In this document: positions 23,749 through 33,012 of the stretch, one piece after another
Layout of the letters: each line of letters starts with the position of its first letter
Numbering within the stretch: position 1 is the first letter of the stretch
NCBI GenBank assembly: GCA_946965045.2
Contig: OX337242.1
Coordinates: 1,364,001-1,428,000 of the forward strand
DNA length: 64,000 nucleotides
Origin: Epithemia pelagica
Lineage: Eukaryota; Protista; Bacillariophyta
Direction: 5' to 3'
Notes under the pieces: generated by a model
Seen by the model: only the letters and a program-made list of their open reading frames with translations
Told to the model about the DNA's origin: nothing
Databases searched by the model: none
Program-made: the position numbers and the translations under genes

Positions 23749-26579
23749 ATGAAGGTGTTGTGGTGGTGGTTTCCGACCACGACGGCACAATGGTGCCTGC
23801 TGTTTCCGATTGTTACCGTGGTTTGCTTTACGACACAGCCTCACCAACCACCCCGAACTCACGCCCATGCCTGGAACACTAGAAATAATGGCAACAACGA
23901 CCCGGACCAGGACGGCGGCAGAACCTCATGGTTTCATCGGCACTTGGGTCGTCGTCGCCACCAAAGTGCCATGCCACAATCTACATCCCCTCCAACAGCA
24001 TCCTCATCCTCATCTTCCACTACTTGTTTACAAGCCTCCATGGACCCTGTCTTTTCCGTGGCCAATGGCAAGGGAGAATCTCGCAATATTTTTTCGTCCG
24101 AGGGGGGATATCAAAAACCACTCGTCTTGCTGGGAAAATCCACCCAACAGGGGAAGGAACTGGTGCGCTTGGCGCAAAGTTGGCAATCCAATCCCTTCTT
24201 GTCGTCGTCGGGGCGAGTCCCCAAGATTGTTCTTTTACAAGGGAGCAGCAGCAGTCCATTGACAATCGATGCTCCCAATGTGGACACTGTCGACGAAACC
24301 TCCTTGGTGGAGGACATTTTAAATGGTGAAAGTCCTTACACCTGGCCCGATATCATTGTCTTGGATACCATGGACAACCAACCACAGTCGTCGCCCGACC
24401 TTGTTGCCATGACGACGACGACGACGACGGCACAACGATTGTATCAGGATGGGTCCCTCTTGAGCATTTATGTCAATGTCGAACCGACGGGAGACTTGGC
24501 ACGAAGCTCGACCGAACAAGCTACCAAACAAGACGAGGAAGAAACCATGTTTGTTCCCTTTTCCGATTATGAACTCTGTATTCGCAATGAAGGAACCAAC
24601 ACCATGAGTCGTAACAAGGCCGAATTGGATTGGTCGCACATTGAATGGGAATTGACTCGTCTCGTGGCGCGGGCTCGATTGCTTCCAGCCATTCCCGGAG
24701 ATACCTCGCAATCGACCAATACGGCGCACTTGACCATGGGTCCTCATACATTTTTTCTCAGTTTATCCTTTGCGGATATTACCGAGGTGCAACCCTACGC
24801 CGCCGAAATGTGTTTGGATGTCGATGCCATGGAATACCGGACCGATTTGTTGGCCTGTCGCGACTCGCGGTTTGACTTGATTTATGGCATGCAACAATTG
24901 CGATCCTATTGTCGACCCAATACGGTACGAGTCCCCGCCTTGCCCTTGGCGGGAGGCGTCTTGGAAGATGTCATGCCCATTGTCTACACGGTCCGAACCG
25001 ATGGACAAGCGGGAACCTTTCCCGTCACGGACCAAGCCAGTGAAGCACAAATGTTTGAAACCTTGGAATGGGGGTTGCGGGGAGGTGTGGAAGTCTTGGA
25101 TGTGGAAAGTGCGTGGGATTCGACGCGGACGAGCCACTTGTTGAATTTGGCCGAATCGCGCTATTCCAGCCAAGTCTTGGGCAGTCATCATGTTGTCGAG
25201 GAAACCATTACGACGGAAGATGCCGTCCTCTTGTTTCAACAATGCGCCCTCCATGGCCGGGCTCATGCCGCCAAGGTGGTCTTGTCGATCGACACGGAAG
25301 ATCAAGATCGCATGGCCTACGAGGCGGGATTGATTGCCACGGAATTGGCCCGACAAGATGGTCAACCCATGATTCCCCAAATTGCCCTCATTTTGGGCAC
25401 GGTGGGACAATTTTCTCGCATCATTAACTTGCCCTTTACCCCCGTGACCCATGAAAGTTTGCCCCTGGCCGCCGCACCTGGACAATTGTCGGCCGTCGAA
25501 ATCATGACGACGCGACTCTTGACCAAAGTCTTTGAATCCAAAAAATATGCCATTTTGGGACACAACATTGCCTATTCGGTCAGTCCACAAAGTGAGTTGA
25601 GTGAACCGGACTTTTCGCGTTTGTCAAAGTTGTATATTTTTGTTGTTCTTGTTGCATGTATTGTGCTCTGGACTTGTGTGTGGCATGTTTTGGTAGACTC
25701 ACGGCTTGCCTTTCGTGTGGTTCGACGACAGTGCATGGTTCGGCCTTTCGTGCCACCAAATTGCCACACGAATATGTGAGAGCCGACGTGGCGACCGTGG
25801 AAGAGTTTGTCGAATCGGATTTTTTCAACTCGGCCGATTTTGGAGGGACCAGTGTCACCATTCCGCACAAACAGGCCATCATCCCCTACATGGATGTCTT
25901 GAGCGAATCGGCCCAACGCATTGGGAGTGTCAATACGGTCGTGGCCAAGGAAGAATTTGGAGACGAGGAGGGATTTCAACGAGTCTTGTACGGAGACAAT
26001 ACCGATTGGAAGGGAATTTACAACCCCTTGCATCGACTTTTGGGTGACACCTTGGATCCCGAACGCGATTTTGTCTTGGTGTTGGGAGCTGGGGGAACCG
26101 CACGTGCGGCGGCCTTTGTGGCGGCCGACAAACTGCAACTGCCGAGCGTGTATTACAATCGAACACCGTCCAAAGCGGCGGATCTGGCCGACAGTTTTGG
26201 TGGGACCGTCATTGGCAGTCTGGACCAAGGGGAGGGAGAGACGGAGGACAGTCTTGCATCTCTCGGCAAAGCATTGGGAGATGGTGGGAGAGTACGGGTG
26301 GTGATATCCACCTTACCAGCTGCAGCAAACTTTCAATTGCCCGACTGGATCCTGGAACAACCCGTTCTACCCATTGTATTTGATGTGAATTACAAGCCCT
26401 ATCAAACGAATCTACTATCACAAGCGGAAAAAGCGGGTTGTCCCGTTGTCCGGGGGTCCGAAATGCTATGGGAACAAGGAGTTGGTCAGTTTGAACTGTG
26501 GACCGGTCGGACGGCACCGTATGCCGTCATGAAGTATGTCGTACTCGAGAATTGTCAAGAAGAAACTGTACTGGAATAG
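23749..26579 (+). CDS. aroD-aroE: Plastid-targeted 3-dehydroquinate dehydratase (type I) / shikimate dehydrogenase fusion with a degenerate shikimate-kinase-like N-domain; exons 23749-25591 and 25732-26579
   Basis: Signal peptide ...IVTVVC-FTT. AroD: [38 protein letters not shown]. AroE: [10 protein letters not shown]|[62 protein letters not shown]. Intron gtgagt(25592)..gacag(25731). Confidence 0.92.
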
Positions 26580-26938
26580 TTTCCAGTGATTGGATAAACA
26601 TATATCTGGAGCGACGAAACAACGCCCTGTTTGAGCTCCATTCAGTTGAGTTGCATCGTCAATTCTCCTCTTAAAAATATCTGTTTCCGCGAGGACACAA
26701 AGTTCATCTCGCTATTCCTCAACTATTCCTTTCTTTTGCTGCACACAATCATTCTATACAACGCTGCGTTTCGTCGGTACCTCTACAGGAAAACTGCCTC
26801 AAACGCACACACATCCACGCCTACTAGGAGTACCTACCCCGATCGAAAAGCAGAAGCACATAGCCTACCTAGGGACGCCGAAAAGATCTTTTCGCCCTCT
26901 CACAATGGCAGTCTTTCAGCTCAGGATCTTGTGTCGAA

Positions 26939-27355
26939 ATGACTAAGCTCTTTCCGGTCGAATTATGGGGACGTATTCTTGAATTTATCGAGGATCCATC
27001 TTGTAAATTGTGTTCGAGGAGATACGAAACGAACATGTCCCTGCTGCAACGCCATGAAATCACAAGAACCCATCGACTTCCCGTCCAGTGTTCCAAGTGC
27101 CCTGCTGTTATTTGTTTTGACTGTGTCCTTCGCATTCATTCGCATGAGATGCAAATGAGAGAAGGCGGCTTCCCTGGAAGTCCGTGCATCAGCTGCCCCA
27201 CTTGCGAGCAAAGATTCGCTATTCGTGTGAATAACCCCATAGTTGATCCCAAGTTGGTTTCCAGCTATGAATTGAAATTCCAACTTGTGGACGCAATCAA
27301 GCATTACATATTGGAGCAAACGACTACAAGTAACGGAAGGACGCTGAGAACGTGA
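26939..27355 (+). CDS. Small F-box-like + four-CxxC (RING-like) protein; right arm of inverted duplication, possibly a truncated pseudogene
   Basis: LFPVELWGRILEFI (F-box-like start); CKLC, CSKC, CFDC, CPTC. The same frame continues past several stops to about 27750. Confidence 0.5.
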   Translation: MTKLFPVELWGRILEFIEDPSCKLCSRRYETNMSLLQRHEITRTHRLPVQCSKCPAVICFDCVLRIHSHEMQMREGGFPGSPCISCPTCEQRFAIRVNNPIVDPKLVSSYELKFQLVDAIKHYILEQTTTSNGRTLRT

Positions 27356-28054
27356 ACATGTGAGCCGTGAACATGGGTAAAACTACGACGGAAACATGGC
27401 GTCGATTTCAATCACATTCAGATATAGCATCTGGTGAAAGCGGACTCGCACATTTGCAATGTCTATCATTTTGACTGCAACTTGGGCAAATTGCTAAGCA
27501 CAAAAGATCCAATGAATGCAAGACATTTCGGGCCAATCCAGGCCTATGAGGAACATGTTCCAGTTTCAAGCCTTCAAACGCCGCTTGAAAAATAACTAAA
27601 AGAGCCATGTAGAGAGTCTATCATGACCAAACAACACCGCGATCTGGAAGAAATTTTGGTGAGCATGAGTACCAAAATCGCGCTTTTGCGCGTCGACAGA
27701 ATGGGCCCTCAGCTGACTGTCTCAATCAACACTACGTGCTTCCTCTTTCGAGTAGACCCTTTTTGACAAAGCACGATATACTTTGCTTTCAGTTAAGGTA
27801 GTAAACGGTTCTCTCTTATGATACAATCTATTACCATGTGTGCGGCGACTACGAAGATTGTTTCGGTCCAGTTGGGTGACGACTGTTACTTCTCTATTGG
27901 AATCAACAGATACACGAGTTTTCATTCAACGGAAGGAACGTGGCAATCGCATTGACCATCCAATACGAAAAGGATATTTTCACGTTTAATAGGTAGCCAA
28001 AAAGTTTCTCTATCTATTGCCATAGGAATCTGATCCAAGTGCTTTTTCTTGGCA

Positions 28055-31000
28055 TTATACTAGTTTCGTCATGGCTGTACTTTTCGTTGTGTCTTCCTCT
28101 TCCTCCTCCTCGTCCGAACCCATGGCTGCAACGGTATCGGGAGAGGGCGCTAATTGAAGGGATGCGGAACTGTGAACCGTACCATGACGTGCCACGGAGC
28201 GGTATCGTTGTCGCTGCCAACGAGACCACCACAGACACACTCCTCCTCCATCGGGATCGCCGGGCAAGAGTTTCATGCCATTGAGGGTGACGAGTAGCAT
28301 GACACCCACATCACTGGCAATGGCCAAGAGAAGCGTCATGTAGCCTCCAAAGGTCAAACACACCACCAGCAGTTTACATGCCAAACTGAGCAAGACATTT
28401 TCTTGAATGGTCGACACGACACGTTGACCCATTTTCAAAACATAGACCAATTTGTGTAAATTGGAATCCATCAACGTCACATCACTTATTTCCATGGCCA
28501 AACTGGCTCCTTCGCCCATGGACACACCCACATCGGAAGCTGCCAAGGCGGGAGCGTCATTGACACCATCGCCACAAAATAAGACGGCCTTTTTGCGACG
28601 AAATAGGCCGTACGAAAAGAATTTCGAAAATGACGACGACGACGACGACAACACCACTTCGTCTTTGAGGCTCTCCACATAGCGCAGTTTGTCTTCTGGT
28701 AATAATTTGGCATGGACACAATCTCCCGCCAATCCCACTTGTTGGGCCACGGAATGCGCGGCACCTTCGCTGTCACCCGTCAACATTTTGACCTGGACAT
28801 TTTCCAGCAACAAGGCCTCCATCACCTCCATGGATTCCGGTCGAACCGTGTCCGTCACACAAAACATTCCGATAATGCCAGGCCCTTCCACTCCAATGAA
28901 TCCAACGGAACCACCTGCCGCTGTCCATTCCTGAACCCGCGCCTTGCGCGCTTCTTCCAGAGAGTTGTACAGGCCAATCCGATCAAACAAACGAACATTA
29001 CCCACATAAACCTGTTTTCCGTCCACAGTTGCCGTGACGCCTTCTCCCTCAAGGATTGTATGTTCACGAACTTGCTTGTCACGCGGGACGGATACTCCCT
29101 CATTCCGGGCCGCTTGGACCAAGCTCGCAGCCAGGGGATGACTCGAAGGTGCTTCCATCATGGCCAAGAGTTCCAACATTTGTTTTCGTGAATGCGAATC
29201 ACCAACTTCTTGCAGATGCATAATCTTGAATTTGCCTTCAGTCAGCGTTCCAGTCTTATCAAACAAGACCGTTTTGACACTTCCCAAGGCTTCCAAACTC
29301 GCTCCACCCTTGACCACAATACCTCGTTGTGCGGTCGCTGCGAGACCAGCCGCGTAGGTGACGGGAGTACTAATGGTGAGCGCACAGGGACAGGCAATGA
29401 CAATGATAATCAAGCCATTCAACATCGACTGACGTCCTTCTTTGGTTCCCCACAGCCATGGCAAGGTACACAAGACGGTTGCCACCAAAATTACGGCTGG
29501 CGTATACGCTCGAGCAAAACCATCAATCATTTTTTCCGTAGCAGATTGATTGGCTTGAGCTTCCTCCACGAGTCGAATCAAGCGAGAGACGGCTGAATCT
29601 TCCACACTGGTGGTGGTACGAATGACCAATTGCGTCGATCCAATATTAATGCCTCCACCCGAAACAGTATCATTGATTCTCTTTTGCACGGGTACGGATT
29701 CCCCCGTCAAACTCGATTCGTCAATTTGCGAGGTTCCTTCCACGACAATCCCATCGGCGGCAATTTTATCTCCCGTCCGTACCGAAATTAGACAACCGAC
29801 AGGTACCCGATCGGCTGGAATGACGACAATATCCTTGGTTTCGGGATGAATGACATTGGCATGTTCCGGTCGCAATTGTACAATGGCCGCCAAGGCGGTT
29901 CGGGCCTTGTCCGTCGCCCGCGCTTCCAAATATTCCGAAATGGCAAACAAAAAGGCCACACTGGCCGCTTCATCCATTTCACCCAATGCCAAGGCTCCGG
30001 CGGCGGCTGTTACCATCATACAATTGGCATCAAATTCGCACCGTCGAATGGTCCGTCCAGCCTTGACTGCCACGGGCGGCAGTCCAAACAAGACGGACAA
30101 GAGTCCGGCATATTCCAGACGGGCCCACCCTTGCACCGCGGCTAGCAAGGAAATGACCCAAAACACACCCGACAAAATGACAAACAAGCTTAATTGACTC
30201 GCTTGTTGCATGACCGACAAGGCCTTTTCTTCCTCAACTTCTTCGGATGCTTCGTCCACCAGTGGCAAAATGAGTTTGGCTTGGGCTCCATCCGTGACAA
30301 TGGACGTTCGGAGGCCATATTGCTCCAGCGTATTGGCAATGGCGGCGAGCGATACGAGGGCGGGATTGTGTTCCACCTTGACCATGCGACTCGTGACATG
30401 AGGATGAATGGCTCGTACGTGGGCCCGAATGTAGTGTTGTCGAATGGCCTTGGTCAAGAGTGGTAAATGTCGTGTCGTCAAATTGACAATGGAAAGGGTC
30501 GAATCCACATAGTTGGATCGCGGCTGGGACGACAAGACGGCATTGAGTTGTTGTGTTTGAGCCAAGACCGTTTGAGCATCCTGCACCACAACGGCTGTAG
30601 TCTTTCCTGCCGTCGTGGTTTGCAGCTCATGACAGAGTTGAGTGGCGGACACCACCCTCACGTCGTGTTCCACCACGACAACGCCCTCCGACACATTGAC
30701 ATCAACGCGCACGACTCCCTCAATCTGAGAGAGGTTCTGTTGCAAGACTGAAACAGTGTGTGCCTGCAATGCCTGGTCGGTCTTCAAGGTCGTCCGTCCG
30801 ACAGTCGTTGTTGTGTGCCCCGGTTGTTCCATGGCCGTGTCGTCCACACGGGGGGTTCCTCCTCGTCCTCCGGCATGCAAAATGGTGGCTGGAAATCCTT
30901 GTTCCGTCAGAGCGTGGGCAATTTGCGGGGCAGAAATGGTATGGAAATCGTGTTGGACATAGACCCGTTTGGTGGTGATATTAATTTGCAAGGACGAGAC

Positions 31001-32164
31001 ACCCATCAAGGGTCGTACAATGCGACGAATGCTGGGGACTTCGGAGGCACAACAAATGCCTTGTACAAAAAAGGAACTTCGAACCATGGCGGGAGACTGC
31101 TGTTGGTGGTTGTTGTTGATTGGAGGGACACCACCACTCGAGGAGGCTTCGGTGGTTCGTGAGGAGTCCTTTCCGAGGACGTCTGCCGCAAAGCCTCCTT
31201 GGTGTAGGACACGCAACAAATCATCCACCTGACACTGGGCATCATGCGAAACTTGAATCATGGACGACGAGGTCGAAACCACGACCTTGCTGACACCTGT
31301 AATGGGTTGCAACAAGGATTCCAGTACCAATTGGTTGGATCCAATCTCTTTTTGCAATTGCAATCGGGTTACGAGACTGCCGTCGTTGGTGTCGTTTCCT
31401 TCGTGCCTGTTGCTTCCATGGACCAAGGTCTGATTCGGTGGAGGCGGAGGAGCACTATTGGTGTTGCAATCTCCACAAAACAAAAAGGAGGAATCGTCTC
31501 CTCCCGTCGTGGCTGGTGCCATGATTCCATTCGAGGATAAGCCCGGTGGTGGTACACGTCGTTTTCGATACGGTCCTCCTTTTCGAACGAGCCGTTGCGG
31601 TGGAACGGCAGACGGTGGTGACGTCGTTCCAAAAAGATTGGTGTTGTTGGGCTCGAGTGGAGTTGTTGGGTTCTGCGTCACCAAACGATCTGGCTTTGTT
31701 CCAACGGGGTGCATCAATCCAGTTTCCAACATTTGTGTGCTTGTCGTAGTAATAGCAACGAGTTCCGTTTCCCCACCACTCGTACCGTCGTTCTGTGGCT
31801 GTTTCACAGTCTGGTGGTGGCCATTGGAGAATCCATTCGACATGGCACCTGGAGGAAGACTACCCGTAGTAGTAGTGTTGCAGTCTCCACAAAACAACAA
31901 CAAGTCGGCACCCGGACTCGTCGTATTCCCCAGATCAAAGCCTGGTGGAGGACGTCGTTTGAGATACGGCGGCCGTTTTCGAGGTTGCGGTGGATTGGAC
32001 GATTGCATCGTTGTCGTCGAGTCTGCCACATGCATCCTGTTCGGCGGTGGACCGTGGTGGTCGTCCGATGGAACAGCTGTAGTGGTGATTGTGCTGCTGC
32101 AAGTCTCCAATAGGTCAGTCGTTGTCGTTGTCATTGTTGCGGTAGATGCAGCCACCGACGCCAT
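28055..32164 (-). CDS. P1B-type heavy-metal ATPase, Zn/Cd (P1B-2) type, with several N-terminal HMA-like domains
   Basis: GICCASE metal-binding motif, DESSLTGES, IACPCAL, FDKTGTLT, SSHPLA, MLTGD, GDGVNDAPAL and LLVTLNGM. First ATG at 32164. Confidence 0.95.
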   Translation of the reverse strand: MASVAASTATMTTTTTDLLETCSSTITTTAVPSDDHHGPPPNRMHVADSTTTMQSSNPPQPRKRPPYLKRRPPPGFDLGNTTSPGADLLLFCGDCNTTTTGSLPPGAMSNGFSNGHHQTVKQPQNDGTSGGETELVAITTTSTQMLETGLMHPVGTKPDRLVTQNPTTPLEPNNTNLFGTTSPPSAVPPQRLVRKGGPYRKRRVPPPGLSSNGIMAPATTGGDDSSFLFCGDCNTNSAPPPPPNQTLVHGSNRHEGNDTNDGSLVTRLQLQKEIGSNQLVLESLLQPITGVSKVVVSTSSSMIQVSHDAQCQVDDLLRVLHQGGFAADVLGKDSSRTTEASSSGGVPPINNNHQQQSPAMVRSSFFVQGICCASEVPSIRRIVRPLMGVSSLQINITTKRVYVQHDFHTISAPQIAHALTEQGFPATILHAGGRGGTPRVDDTAMEQPGHTTTTVGRTTLKTDQALQAHTVSVLQQNLSQIEGVVRVDVNVSEGVVVVEHDVRVVSATQLCHELQTTTAGKTTAVVVQDAQTVLAQTQQLNAVLSSQPRSNYVDSTLSIVNLTTRHLPLLTKAIRQHYIRAHVRAIHPHVTSRMVKVEHNPALVSLAAIANTLEQYGLRTSIVTDGAQAKLILPLVDEASEEVEEEKALSVMQQASQLSLFVILSGVFWVISLLAAVQGWARLEYAGLLSVLFGLPPVAVKAGRTIRRCEFDANCMMVTAAAGALALGEMDEAASVAFLFAISEYLEARATDKARTALAAIVQLRPEHANVIHPETKDIVVIPADRVPVGCLISVRTGDKIAADGIVVEGTSQIDESSLTGESVPVQKRINDTVSGGGINIGSTQLVIRTTTSVEDSAVSRLIRLVEEAQANQSATEKMIDGFARAYTPAVILVATVLCTLPWLWGTKEGRQSMLNGLIIIVIACPCALTISTPVTYAAGLAATAQRGIVVKGGASLEALGSVKTVLFDKTGTLTEGKFKIMHLQEVGDSHSRKQMLELLAMMEAPSSHPLAASLVQAARNEGVSVPRDKQVREHTILEGEGVTATVDGKQVYVGNVRLFDRIGLYNSLEEARKARVQEWTAAGGSVGFIGVEGPGIIGMFCVTDTVRPESMEVMEALLLENVQVKMLTGDSEGAAHSVAQQVGLAGDCVHAKLLPEDKLRYVESLKDEVVLSSSSSSFSKFFSYGLFRRKKAVLFCGDGVNDAPALAASDVGVSMGEGASLAMEISDVTLMDSNLHKLVYVLKMGQRVVSTIQENVLLSLACKLLVVCLTFGGYMTLLLAIASDVGVMLLVTLNGMKLLPGDPDGGGVCLWWSRWQRQRYRSVARHGTVHSSASLQLAPSPDTVAAMGSDEEEEEEDTTKSTAMTKLV

Positions 32165-33012
32165 GACCTCTGCTCGTTCCAATGGAGAATGGAAGATGAG
32201 GAAGACAAAAAGAGAGAGATTACGATGAGATGCCTCTCTTGTTCTTCTTCTTCTTTGTGTGGTGGGGCGGAGTTGATCCAAACTCCCCAGAGAGAGAAAA
32301 GGTGTCTCATACAGTGTTTCTCGTTCAATGAAATTTGTGAATATGGGGAGTGATGATCGCGTTCGTCGAGAGGCCTAATGTGATGTACTGTTTCCCCTAT
32401 AGAAAAAGGACATACGACGGACAGTGCGTCACTCAGTACCATTGCATATGGCCTGATCTCTTCCATCAAAGGGCTCATGCGTTCACGCTGGCCTGTTCAT
32501 CGGCGTGCGATTATATTTAGGATAATTAGCATCCATGCTTCCAAGTATGCTGATACTATACGATTATAATGTACCATTCAATCCAACTATCACTAAAAGT
32601 ACGGTCAATTTAACAGTAAACACTGCCCGCGTTCGGTTGGCGCGAACAGTTGCTCCACCCCGCCCCCAACAGCACCAACACGAACCCTGTCGCTCGCCCT
32701 CCTCTGTTCATCACCACACCACCCCACGCCGCCATGAGTGATGATTGCTGGTCCAGAGACATTTTCAGTGTAGATAGAAACACACGTTGATGTTTGAAAG
32801 GTGACACGGTTGCCACCACTCTACGTTTCCGTCTTTTTTATAACCGAGACTTTGATTTTGTTCGGAACTTACCTATACTGATTCGTGGCCAGGAGAAGAA
32901 ACGAGTGCAAGACAGATTGGAACGTGATTGAATCATCCTTTGGACGAGGAGACGTGACAACAACCCTTTCTCGTTTGCTTTTGCTTGCTGACTTTTGGAG
33001 ATTCTTGCTTTT

